In this document: positions 39,411-48,741 of the stretch, one piece after another
Layout: every line of letters starts with the position of its first letter
How positions within the stretch are numbered: position 1 is the first letter of the stretch
DNA from: Candidatus Bathyarchaeota archaeon
Lineage (GTDB): Archaea; Thermoproteota; Bathyarchaeia; 40CM-2-53-6
Direction of reading: 5' to 3'
Length of the DNA: 64,000 nucleotides
Assembly: GCA_963733055.1 (NCBI GenBank)
Contig: CAVTBR010000002.1
Coordinates: 256,001-320,000 of the forward strand
The notes under the pieces: generated by a model
The model's database searches: none
What the model saw: the letters and a program-made list of their open reading frames with translations, nothing else
What the model was told of the DNA's origin: nothing
Position numbers and translations under genes: made by a program

Positions 39411-41166
39411 ATGGTCACGATTCTCACAAAACTAGACGACCTAGAGCAGCTCTACGGCAAGAAACTCCCCCGAAACCAAAACGAACTCAACGAGTTACTC
39501 TACTCTGTCAAATGCGAGCTATCAGGCCCGACCGAAACCGGACAAATCTCCGACGATTCCGAACTACAATTGGAGAACAAGGACACCAACAGGCCGGACA
39601 CGTGGAGCGCGGAGGGGGTAGCCCGTGCGTTAAGGGGTTACCAGGGACTTGAGCTTGGACTCAAGAAATACTCTGCTAGGAAGACCGCAGTCGAAATCTC
39701 AGTGGACAAGGAGCTTGCTAAAATAAGGCCGTTCATCTGCTGCGCGGTCGCCCGAAACGTCAAGGTCAACGATGCGATCATCCGCGGACTCGTACAACTC
39801 CAAGAAAAACTCGACAAGACTTACGGGAGAAACCGAAAGAGATCGTCAATCGGTTTCTACGATTTCGACCAAATCACGCCACCACTCCGTTACGGCGCGG
39901 TGGGACTAGACGAAGTGAAGTTCGTTCCCCTTGAATGGGACCACCCGCTCTCGCTCCGCGAAATCCTAGAGCAACATCCCAAGGGAATAGAATACGGTGG
40001 AATAGTCAAACCGTATCCTAAGATGCCCATAATCCTAGAAGCGAAGAACAAAGTCCTATCATTCCCACCCATCATAAACTCCAACGACCTCGGCCGCATA
40101 ACACCCGAAACAAAGAGCATACTCGTTGAGATCACCGGAACGTCCGAGGAAACCGTATCGAACGCCCTAACCATCCTGACAACCTGCCTAGCCGACCGTG
40201 GAGCCGAAATCAACTCAGCGATCATACACTACTCGTATGGAAAACGGCGCCACGTAACGACGCCTAATTTTAGCGAGCGATTTGTGAAGGTGCCTGAGCA
40301 AGAGGTGGCGAGCATTATCGGCTTGAGTTTGGCCCGCCCCGAAATCGTGAAGCTTCTACGACGAGCGAGATTCGACGTCAAACCCGGGTCGGGTAAAAAC
40401 TTGAATGTTCGAGTACCTTGCTACCGATTGGACATCTTACACCCCGTGGATGTGATCGAAGACATCGCGATCGCCTATGGAATTAACCGGATCGATCCCC
40501 GATGGCCACCCGATCTAACCATCGGGAGCCTCTCGACAATGGAAGAATTCTCAGATACGATTAGGGAGCTTGCAGTAGGGCTCGGTTTTCAGGAAGTGCT
40601 AAGCTTCATGATGACCAGCCCCGAGAAAGTATTTGATAAGATGAACCGACAAGTGGGACGGCGTAGTGGGGATTGCGAACCCCAAAGTAACAACACTAAC
40701 CTGTCTCCGTTCCTGGTTGTTGCCCAGTCTGATGGATTTTCTATCCAACAACACCCATGTCGAGTATCCTCAGAAACTGTTCGAGGTGGGCGACTACGTA
40801 GACTGGGACCCCGCACTTCCTACACGAACGAGGGACGTACGAGGACTTGCCTGCGTATTAGCACACTCGAAAGCTAACTTCACGGAAATGAAGTCGCACC
40901 TCGAACCCCTCATGACGAACCTAGGATTACAATTCACCATCGCACCGATCGAGCACCCAAGCTTCCTGGAAGGACGAATCGGGAGCATTCATATCGGAGA
41001 CGAGGAGGTTGGAATAATAGGAGAGGTACACCCTCAAGTCATCGAGAACTGGAAACTCCAGAACCCCGTTGCTGCCATGGAACTTGAAATTGACCGTCTG
41101 TTCAAGCTGCGAAGCAAAGACGCTCGGCGGCACCACAGCCTGCCCACCTCCGAGAGAGCCAACTGA
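39411..41166 (+). CDS. pheT: Phenylalanyl-tRNA synthetase beta subunit, split by a +1 frameshift near 40655-40657
   Basis: NRPD, PPIINS and R.DILHPVDVIEDIAIAYG in ORF 39411; IANP...LRSWLLPSL, YPQKLFEVG and IGEVHP in ORF 40666; removing one G from GTGGGAC joins them. Confidence 0.9.
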
Positions 41167-41342
41167 GTGGGGCGACGCCCTCCAGTGAAGTTTGCGTGTT
41201 AGTGTCGTGGGCGACAAGGGCTGAAAAGTCGGCTCGTCCGATCTATCAGCCCTGCGGCGAATCCGCTCCAGCGAAGTGATATCAGGCACACAAGCAAACA
41301 AAAAGGACGGCGGAAACGTACCTTTCCTAGGGAGAATCAAGA

Positions 41343-42431
41343 GTGGATACAGAAGCGAAGCTAGGGCTAGTTACCCGCAACGCCGAAGAGATCATCACAC
41401 GCGAAGAAATGAAGTCGCTATTGGAAACTAAGACCCGGCCGCGTGCCTACTGGGGTTTCGAGGCAAGCGGGATGATGCACATTGGCATGGGCCTCGTCTG
41501 CGGAAGAAAGATCATTGACATGATCGAGGCTGGATTCGATTACATAGTATTCCTAGCCGACTGGCATTCATGGATCAACAACAAACTCGGAGGCAAAATG
41601 GAGAACATCCAAACCTGTGGGAAATACTTGAAACAATGTTTCACCGCCCTCGGCATCCCACCCTCAAAGGCTACGTACCTATGGGCCTCGGAACTAACCT
41701 CCAAACAAGAATATTGGGAACGAGTGGTGAGGGTCGGGAAATCAGTTAGCGTGAACCGAATATGGCGAGCGCTCCCGATTATGGGTAGGGGAATGAACGC
41801 TACCGATCTAGAAGCCGCGTCAGCCTTCTACCCGTGCATGCAGGTAGCGGACATATTCGAAATGCAATTAGACGTTGCCTGTGCAGGCATGGATCAGAGA
41901 AAGGCACACGCTCTGGCAAGGGACGTCGGTGAAAAGCTTGGATGGCATAAACCGATTAGCCTTCACACACACCTCCTACCAGGCCTCGCGGGTATGAAGA
42001 GAATGGAGGCAACAAGTTTCGATGAGGATAAGCAACTCAACGCTCAGATTACAGCCAAAATGTCAAAGAGCATTGCTGAGAGCGGAGTGATAGTTCACGA
42101 CGAGCCCGATATCATCAAAAAGAAACTTCGCTCCGCTTATTGTCCTGAGAAGGACGTTGAGAATAACCCAGTTATCGAGATGGCCCGCTACGCGACCTTC
42201 CCGTGGACCGGCTCACTGAACGTAGACCGGCCGAGCAAATACGGCGGCCCACTCTCCTTCGCCACTTCTAAGGAGTTGGAGGAAGAATATCGGCTAGGCA
42301 AAATACATCCACTAGATCTCAAGAACGCTGTAGCCGACAGCCTGATCAAAATCCTGGAACCCGTCAGACAGGAATTCAAAGAACACCCGGAACTGTTGCG
42401 TAAAATGGAACAAATGGAAATAACAAGGTAA
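41343..42431 (+). CDS. tyrS: Tyrosyl-tRNA synthetase (archaeal type)
   Basis: YWGFEASG.MHIG, YPCMQ..D, GMDQRK, KMSKS and HPLDLK. Confidence 0.96.
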   Translation: MDTEAKLGLVTRNAEEIITREEMKSLLETKTRPRAYWGFEASGMMHIGMGLVCGRKIIDMIEAGFDYIVFLADWHSWINNKLGGKMENIQTCGKYLKQCFTALGIPPSKATYLWASELTSKQEYWERVVRVGKSVSVNRIWRALPIMGRGMNATDLEAASAFYPCMQVADIFEMQLDVACAGMDQRKAHALARDVGEKLGWHKPISLHTHLLPGLAGMKRMEATSFDEDKQLNAQITAKMSKSIAESGVIVHDEPDIIKKKLRSAYCPEKDVENNPVIEMARYATFPWTGSLNVDRPSKYGGPLSFATSKELEEEYRLGKIHPLDLKNAVADSLIKILEPVRQEFKEHPELLRKMEQMEITR

Positions 42432-42440
42432 AATTGCTCG

Positions 42441-42884
42441 ATGCGCGCCCCAGCCCAGGTAAGGTTCGAAAAGCTTCAGAAGCTCATCGAAAGAGTTCAC
42501 GAAGAAGCCGAACAAGGCAGAGTCATTGTGGTGGAGGGGCCTCGGGACAAAGAAGCCCTTCGAGAGATGGGTATCAAGGGCAGAATTCTATGTTTACAGA
42601 GCAGCCGTAAGAACACTTTCGGATTCGTCGAGCAACTTGACGGCGAAAGTCAGGTAGTCGTTTTGACAGACTTTGATCGTCAAGGAGTATTCCTAGCCCA
42701 CAGGCTGGCCAGAGTCCTCAATTCGCAAAAGATTCATGCGAACTTAATGTTGTGGCGCGAACTTCGTGGCCTTACTAGATCGGAACTAAGAAGCATTGAA
42801 GAATTGCCTAGGCTTTACGAAAGGCTTCAAGCTGAAGTATATTTCCGCCGCGCCTTGGGTCCAGGGCTTAGACGCCATTCTTAG
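42441..42884 (+). CDS. Small Toprim-domain protein (primase-like/RNase M5-like)
   Basis: VVEGPRD and LTDFDRQG Toprim motifs. Confidence 0.88.
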   Translation: MRAPAQVRFEKLQKLIERVHEEAEQGRVIVVEGPRDKEALREMGIKGRILCLQSSRKNTFGFVEQLDGESQVVVLTDFDRQGVFLAHRLARVLNSQKIHANLMLWRELRGLTRSELRSIEELPRLYERLQAEVYFRRALGPGLRRHS

Positions 42885-42896
42885 AAGCAGAAGGCC

Positions 42897-43895
42897 TCAG
42901 AGAGATTTCGCCATCGTTCGAACCATGTCAACCAACCTGTTTGAGTAACCCCATTCGTTATCGTACCAAGCGAACACTTTGACTAACCGGTTATCGAGGA
43001 CCATGGTGGAGAGGGAGTCGAATATGGCCGAGTGTGGATTCCCCACAATGTCCGAGGAGACTAAGGGTTCTTCTGAGTATTCGAGGATCGCACGCATAGG
43101 CCCGCTCGCAGCAGCCTGGAAAGCCTTGTTAACGTAATCCACAGTTATGTCACGTTCGACTTCGGCTACAAAATCTACGATTGAACCGTCTGGAACTGGG
43201 ACGCGGAGCGATACGCCATGCACCTTGCCTTTGAGTTCCGGGAGTACCTCAGCAATCGCAACTGCAGCGCCAGTAGACGTTGGTATTATGGAGAGCGCTG
43301 CGGCTCTGGCCCTTCGAAGGTCACTGTGCGGCGAGTCCTGCAACCGTTGATCACCGGTGTACGCGTGAGCGGTTGTCATGAATCCGTGCTTGATGGTGCA
43401 CGAATCATGCAGGACCTTGACGACTGGTGTTACGCAATTGGTTGTGCAGGATGCAAGTGATACGACGTCATGCTTCTTGGGGTCGTATTTGTCTAGATTT
43501 ACGCCTGGAACTATCGTTATGTCGGGGTTCTTGGCGGGTGCGGAAATCAGCACTTTCTTGGCTCCCCCTTTCATGTGTTTAGCTGCGGCGTCGCGGTTCG
43601 TGAAAAGCCCCGTTGATTCCACAACGACATCCACACCATGTTTTGACCAAGGAATTTCACCCGGGTCTTTCACAGAGAGAATCTTTACGTCTCTACCGTC
43701 AACCTTGAACCCGTCAGGCTGAACCGTGAGAGTTTTCTCGAATCTTCCGAAGACCGAGTCGTACTTGAGCAGGTGAGTAGCGGTCTTGGGATCCATTACG
43801 TCGTTTGCCGCGACAACTTCAAGCCCTGCCTCAGTAGCGGCCCTGAAGAAACAGCGACCGATTCTACCGAACCCGTTTATGCCGATTCTTGCCAT
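42897..43895 (-). CDS. gap: Glyceraldehyde-3-phosphate dehydrogenase, class I (bacterial/eukaryotic type)
   Basis: GINGFGRIGR, ASCTTNC and WYDNEWGYS. Confidence 0.96.
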   Translation of the reverse strand: MARIGINGFGRIGRCFFRAATEAGLEVVAANDVMDPKTATHLLKYDSVFGRFEKTLTVQPDGFKVDGRDVKILSVKDPGEIPWSKHGVDVVVESTGLFTNRDAAAKHMKGGAKKVLISAPAKNPDITIVPGVNLDKYDPKKHDVVSLASCTTNCVTPVVKVLHDSCTIKHGFMTTAHAYTGDQRLQDSPHSDLRRARAAALSIIPTSTGAAVAIAEVLPELKGKVHGVSLRVPVPDGSIVDFVAEVERDITVDYVNKAFQAAASGPMRAILEYSEEPLVSSDIVGNPHSAIFDSLSTMVLDNRLVKVFAWYDNEWGYSNRLVDMVRTMAKSL

Positions 43896-44071
43896 GATTT
43901 TGGCACTCTGCGCTGGAAGAGGACCAAGTTGCGAATAAGATGTTTTCTTAATCTCGAATTGGAACCCTTTGAGTGCACACAGTTTATATTAGGAACTTCT
44001 GAAGGTACGGATTCGAATGCTCATGTCTCGAACTCAAACAAACGTGAGCAAAATAGGAGGTTCATTCCTAA

Positions 44072-45250
44072 TTGGGATCAAATTCTCAATATGCAGCTAC
44101 GACAAAGTATATGATTGTTGCACGGTTCGATGTGGAGGGCGTAGTAGAGAAGCCTGACGTGATAGGTGCCATCTTCGGTCAAACGGAAGGGTTGTTTGGG
44201 CCGGACCTGGACCTACGCGAGCTTCAAAAATCCGGTCGAATCGGACGCATAGAAATTCAATTGGAATCTAAACAGGACAAGACGTTCGGCGTAATCACGA
44301 TTCCGTCGAGCTTGGACAAGACATCGACCGCGATCATTGCGGCCGCCGTCCAGAGCGTGGACCGGATCGGCCCTTGCATCGCCAAGGTTTCTCTGGAAAA
44401 AGTGGCGGACATAAGAGAGGATAAGCGGAAGCAGATCCTCGACAAAGCCAAAGACATCCTGAGAACGTGGGTGGTCGAGGAATCCCCAAGCACCGACGAG
44501 ATGGTGAAAGACGTCTCGGGCGTGATTCGCTCATCCGACGTCGCCGAATACGGACCAGATCATCTCCCCGCCGGGCCTGATGTTGCAACGAGTGGTTCGA
44601 TCATATTTGTGGAAGGACGCGCGGACATAGTCAACCTGTTGAGGTGCGGGATTAGAAACGCAGTCGCTATCGAAGGGACCAAGATCCCCAGAACAATCAT
44701 CGAACTAAGCAAGAACAAGGAGACCACCGCATTTCTCGACGGAGACCGAGGAGGCGACCTCATACTGAAAGAGCTAATGCAAGTAGCGCCAGTCGACTAC
44801 GTTGCCCGCGCACCGTTGGGCAAAGAAGTAGAAGACTTGGTTCCGAAGGAGATTATGAAGTGCCTTCGCGAAAAAGTGCCCGTTGAGGTCGGGAGACCCA
44901 TAGCCAGGCCGGAACCCATTCAAGCCCCGCGCCCGCCGCTTGTTCAGCTTTCACCGGACATAGTCAACAAAGCCCGTGAACTCAGGGGAACGCTAGAAGG
45001 CATACTCCTAGACTCGACCGCGCATGAGATTGCCCGACTGCCCGTCAGCGAACTTGCGGGGAAGCTTGGAGACTATCAAGGCGTGGAAACTATCGTCTTC
45101 GACGGTGTCGTTACACAGCGGCTTCTTGATCTTGCCGAGGAGCGTGGAGTGAAGGTTGTGGTTGGGGATCGGATAGCCGAACTCACCCGAAGGCCTAGCG
45201 CGGTTAAGATCATGACGCTTCCGGAAGTCGCCGGACCTCCGACCGTCTAG
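44072..45250 (+). CDS. dnaG: Archaeal DnaG (exosome-associated primase-like protein)
   Basis: GAIFGQTEGL, LQKSGRIGRI, VEGRAD, DGDRGG and FDGVVTQRL. Confidence 0.95.
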   Translation: MGSNSQYAATTKYMIVARFDVEGVVEKPDVIGAIFGQTEGLFGPDLDLRELQKSGRIGRIEIQLESKQDKTFGVITIPSSLDKTSTAIIAAAVQSVDRIGPCIAKVSLEKVADIREDKRKQILDKAKDILRTWVVEESPSTDEMVKDVSGVIRSSDVAEYGPDHLPAGPDVATSGSIIFVEGRADIVNLLRCGIRNAVAIEGTKIPRTIIELSKNKETTAFLDGDRGGDLILKELMQVAPVDYVARAPLGKEVEDLVPKEIMKCLREKVPVEVGRPIARPEPIQAPRPPLVQLSPDIVNKARELRGTLEGILLDSTAHEIARLPVSELAGKLGDYQGVETIVFDGVVTQRLLDLAEERGVKVVVGDRIAELTRRPSAVKIMTLPEVAGPPTV

Positions 45251-47577
45251 GCAAACACCTGCTCTTCCCTAACCCCGAATCGCTCCAGAATCCGCATCGC
45301 AGCCGGCTTGACCTGATTTTCCACGTAGTATTCCACATCAACTTCGTCCAGTTTGACTTGGTTGTAGGGTTTGGCTTTCTGAAATAATCTCCCGGGCCCC
45401 TTTACGATCACGTAAGCCACTTTATCGCCGAGACTGATGTGCCACCCCTCGGCGATGAGCTTCCTTGCAACCTCCACGTGAGGAACTCTGACCTTGTATT
45501 TCTCAATAGGTTTGGTGAGCGCTTTCCGAATCGTTAGGTCTGCGATCAGAATTTCCCCTTTCCTAACGCGACGAATAGTTTCGCGCACCTTCTCAACAGC
45601 GTCTCCCGTCGATTGCCCGATCAGAATGCTTTGTAAGACCTGTTCTTGCACTTGACGGGCAATGTCTGACCAATCGCCGCGGACAACCTCCAAGCCCACA
45701 ATGTCCAATTCACCGTCCTTACGCAACCCGGCGTAACGTTTCATCGCCTCGATAAACAACAATCGAACGTACTCGCGTTCAATTTTGATATCGAGCCCAA
45801 TCTTGGATTTGACCCAACGGCATAGCTCGTCCACTTTGCCTTTCTCATTAGAAACGAAAATTGAATCGGTGTCCCCGTAGATTACTTTCAATCCCAATGA
45901 TCGAGCCTTCGCTATGGTTTCGGTGATTGTTTGCCTTCCGAGCGCAGCTGCAGACTCAGCAACCTCTTTGACGTACCATCTTGCCCCAGCCCAAGCGGCG
46001 TAACCGTAACAGGCATTCGTAATTACCTTAAGCGCCCGCTCACGTTCCTTCAACACTCGATACAACGTAGAGTGTGAAGGGAGGTCGGCGATTTCCGTCC
46101 TGACCTTGGCTCGTTCGTCGATCAGAGTTGTTAAAGCAATTTTGTAAAACCCATCGGGTTCGCGTAGGAATCTATGCCCGAGCTCGGGAATAACATGGAC
46201 CGAATCCTCAGGCATCTGTTCGTTGGTTTTGACTAATGTGTCGGGTGAGAGATTGTACTTCTTCATGAGGCTAGGGTACATGGAAGCGAAATCGAGCACG
46301 ACAACATTCTCATGCAACCCAGTTTCAGGTTCCAGAACCGTAGCGCCTCGATAAGTGAACAACGATTGTTCAGTCTTCGAGGGAACGAGCTCGCCAATTG
46401 CGTGTGCTTGTCGAATAAGGTAAGAATCCACTCGGAACCCCACAGCCGCAGTCATCACCTGATCGAGCGGCAACCCAGTCACTGCGGAGAGTTGTTCGGG
46501 ATAATCGATCACAGCTTGCGCTATTGCCAGGCAAACCTGAGCCTCCGCTTTTGCGTTTTGGAGGAGCCGTTCCCTACCCTCCTCGTCCATCCAAAGGTCG
46601 TATCGATTCCACTCGTCGATCGTGTGTGAATTGTCTGTGGAAGATATCTCGAGGTACTTCGCTAGACTATGTATGGTTTTGACTTTAACCTCGGGTATGC
46701 CTGATGCAAGTTCGAATAGATCCAGATTCGCGCGCCCCGTTATTGACACGTGTCCGAATAGGCTCGTGTGGGGTTCGCTCAAGTCTCGACCAAGCGTCAA
46801 ACTCTTGTTGCGGCGCATCCACCGTTCTGTCAAATACCGCCAATGAGAGCGGTTACTCTCGAATCCAACGATGACGTCCGGATCATACTCATGAACCAGC
46901 TTGGAGAATGAACTAAGGACCTCGTCGTCATTCTCATTTGATGTCTTGAAAACGGATACCGTGCCTGAATCGGTGGCGGTTGCTATCGCACGCACAGGGT
47001 CCTGTTGGGACTTAGCCGACCCCCTCTTGGAGACCGTTAGAATTGTGAAGGCGAGTAAGCGAAGCTTTGGGGGCGAAACACCTCCAAAACTTGTTGGAGG
47101 CGATAGAGCTAGGTATGCTCTGTCTACCGCTGTCCCATGGACCTCGGCATCAATTACCTCGCACTCATTCCAACCACAAGTCGTCAGCGAGAGATCCGCA
47201 ACATAATGCACCGAAAGTCGAAGGTCGTCGAAACTTGAGCCCCCACCCAGAGCCTTAGAGATTTCCTTTGCATAAGTAGATGCAACATTCGAGTTCGAAC
47301 AGAGTATCTTGAGAGCACGTACATCTCTTCCAAGTAGCTTGCGCTTCACTATTTCCACGTCAACGATTTCACCGAACCTTTTCTTCTCAGCCAGCAATCC
47401 AGCGCGGACTTCGTCCAGGCCCTTTCCGTCATTCGGGAGAAAATGGAAGTACGGCATGATCTGGGTCGCAATGATCAACACCCTAAGTCCATTCTCGTCC
47501 ACACCCCAAAGTCGAACGCAAGGTTTCTTCTCCCATTCTCCCTCGCTCAGATCAAGGAGGTAGAACCTGCACTTCAT
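45247..47577 (-). CDS. polB: Family B DNA polymerase (PolB3-like) with degenerate 3'-5' exonuclease motifs
   Basis: Intact LDFASMYPS, KVITNACYGY, YGDTDS and KRYAG; Exo I/II/III acidic residues substituted. Confidence 0.92.
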   Translation of the reverse strand: MKCRFYLLDLSEGEWEKKPCVRLWGVDENGLRVLIIATQIMPYFHFLPNDGKGLDEVRAGLLAEKKRFGEIVDVEIVKRKLLGRDVRALKILCSNSNVASTYAKEISKALGGGSSFDDLRLSVHYVADLSLTTCGWNECEVIDAEVHGTAVDRAYLALSPPTSFGGVSPPKLRLLAFTILTVSKRGSAKSQQDPVRAIATATDSGTVSVFKTSNENDDEVLSSFSKLVHEYDPDVIVGFESNRSHWRYLTERWMRRNKSLTLGRDLSEPHTSLFGHVSITGRANLDLFELASGIPEVKVKTIHSLAKYLEISSTDNSHTIDEWNRYDLWMDEEGRERLLQNAKAEAQVCLAIAQAVIDYPEQLSAVTGLPLDQVMTAAVGFRVDSYLIRQAHAIGELVPSKTEQSLFTYRGATVLEPETGLHENVVVLDFASMYPSLMKKYNLSPDTLVKTNEQMPEDSVHVIPELGHRFLREPDGFYKIALTTLIDERAKVRTEIADLPSHSTLYRVLKERERALKVITNACYGYAAWAGARWYVKEVAESAAALGRQTITETIAKARSLGLKVIYGDTDSIFVSNEKGKVDELCRWVKSKIGLDIKIEREYVRLLFIEAMKRYAGLRKDGELDIVGLEVVRGDWSDIARQVQEQVLQSILIGQSTGDAVEKVRETIRRVRKGEILIADLTIRKALTKPIEKYKVRVPHVEVARKLIAEGWHISLGDKVAYVIVKGPGRLFQKAKPYNQVKLDEVDVEYYVENQVKPAAMRILERFGVREEQVFA

Positions 47578-48062
47578 GAAGTTCTCTTCCGTGAGGGGGC
47601 GGCACCCTCTTGGGATGCACGGTTTAAGGTTAGGCGCATTCTCAATGCAGGCGAACCGTCCGAATAATAATTGTCAATGATCATGACTCCCCTGAAGCCA
47701 AATCTTTCGTAGAACCTGATAGCCTCCTGATTGGTTGTGTTCACTTCCAACCAAACCTCCTGAACTCTTGCGTTCAATTGACTGATGGATTCCTGAATGA
47801 GCGAACTCGCAACTTTCCTCCTTCGGTACTCTTGAAGCACTCCGATTGAAATTAGGTGTGCGAGTTTTCTTGCGGACGAACAAACACAATAACCCACAAC
47901 TTTCTTTGAATCAGTCTCCGCGACTAAGAACTCCTTCGGATGTTCGCGAAGAAGCCGAACCATTAGGGCCTCAGGGTAAGGGTCTGGGAACGAAGTATCC
48001 TCAATTTGGCATATGGACTCCAAGTCATTTCGGGTTGCACGCCTAACTTGGACGGCAGTCAT
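47574..48062 (-). CDS. rimI: RimI/Ard1-like protein N-acetyltransferase
   Basis: IEDTSFPDPY, HLISIGV..YRRR, LEV...N..AIRFY..FGF and YYSDG. Confidence 0.85.
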   Translation of the reverse strand: MTAVQVRRATRNDLESICQIEDTSFPDPYPEALMVRLLREHPKEFLVAETDSKKVVGYCVCSSARKLAHLISIGVLQEYRRRKVASSLIQESISQLNARVQEVWLEVNTTNQEAIRFYERFGFRGVMIIDNYYSDGSPALRMRLTLNRASQEGAAPSRKRTS

Positions 48063-48178
48063 TGGTCACGAACTACGAGGAGAATGCGTTGGTTCCAAAT
48101 TACTTTCGCGTAACCGATGCTTGAAGAAGGTTAAATACGGAGAATTGGCTGTGGCCTGTTTCACAAGTTCGCGAGGAT

Positions 48179-48592
48179 GTGCAATTGTCAGAGAAGAAGG
48201 CGGTAGCTCCTCAACGATGGGGAATCGCAAACATCTACTCGTCATTCAATAACACTCTAGTTCACATCACAGACCTGAGCGGTGCCGAAACAATCTCGCG
48301 AAGTGCCGGTGGCCAGCATGTCAAGGCCGATCGACTTCAAGGTTCTCCATATGCCGCAATGCAGGCAGCTGGTGCAGCCGCTCGCGTAGCTAAGGATCGA
48401 GGCATAACCTCACTTCACATTAGAGTTCGTGCCCCAGGCGGGCACAAGGCCCGAACACCCGGCCCCGGAGCCCAAGCCGCCATCAGAATGCTCGCACGCG
48501 CCGGATTCCGAATCGGAAGAATCGAAGACGTGACCCCAGTCCCACATGATGGCACCCGTAGGCCGGGCGGCCGTCGCGGCAGGCGCGTGTAA
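48179..48592 (+). CDS. rps11: 30S ribosomal protein S11 (uS11)
   Basis: [22 protein letters not shown] and [23 protein letters not shown]. Confidence 0.97.
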   Translation: MQLSEKKAVAPQRWGIANIYSSFNNTLVHITDLSGAETISRSAGGQHVKADRLQGSPYAAMQAAGAAARVAKDRGITSLHIRVRAPGGHKARTPGPGAQAAIRMLARAGFRIGRIEDVTPVPHDGTRRPGGRRGRRV

Positions 48593-48741
48593 TTACCTCA
48601 GTACTCTGAGTACTACTGTTTCGGTGCTCCAGATTCGACTAGGATGCTTTAGCGCAAGATCCCGTCTGCAGAATATGTACCCAAATCCAATCGGATTATG
48701 GTCATATCCGCCACAACCAAACCTGAAAACGCTGAACCCTC

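Noticed and set aside
41190-41330. Calling the tyrS upstream element a tRNA gene or a canonical T-box
   Set aside because: No 7-bp acceptor stem, no TTCRA T-loop and no GGTGGNACC T-box consensus; kept only as an unclassified structured element
2491-47577. Genome-wide TAG-to-pyrrolysine reassignment
   Set aside because: hdrA, hdrB, trpS, dnaG and polB end in TAG at their expected C-termini; only one internal TAG was found and no pyl genes are in the window
48593-48741. Gap between rps11 and aRF1 with short palindromes (AGTACT x2, AATCC/GGATT)
   Set aside because: Stems are short, there is no recognisable RNA motif, and the ORFs look spurious; probably a convergent terminator region
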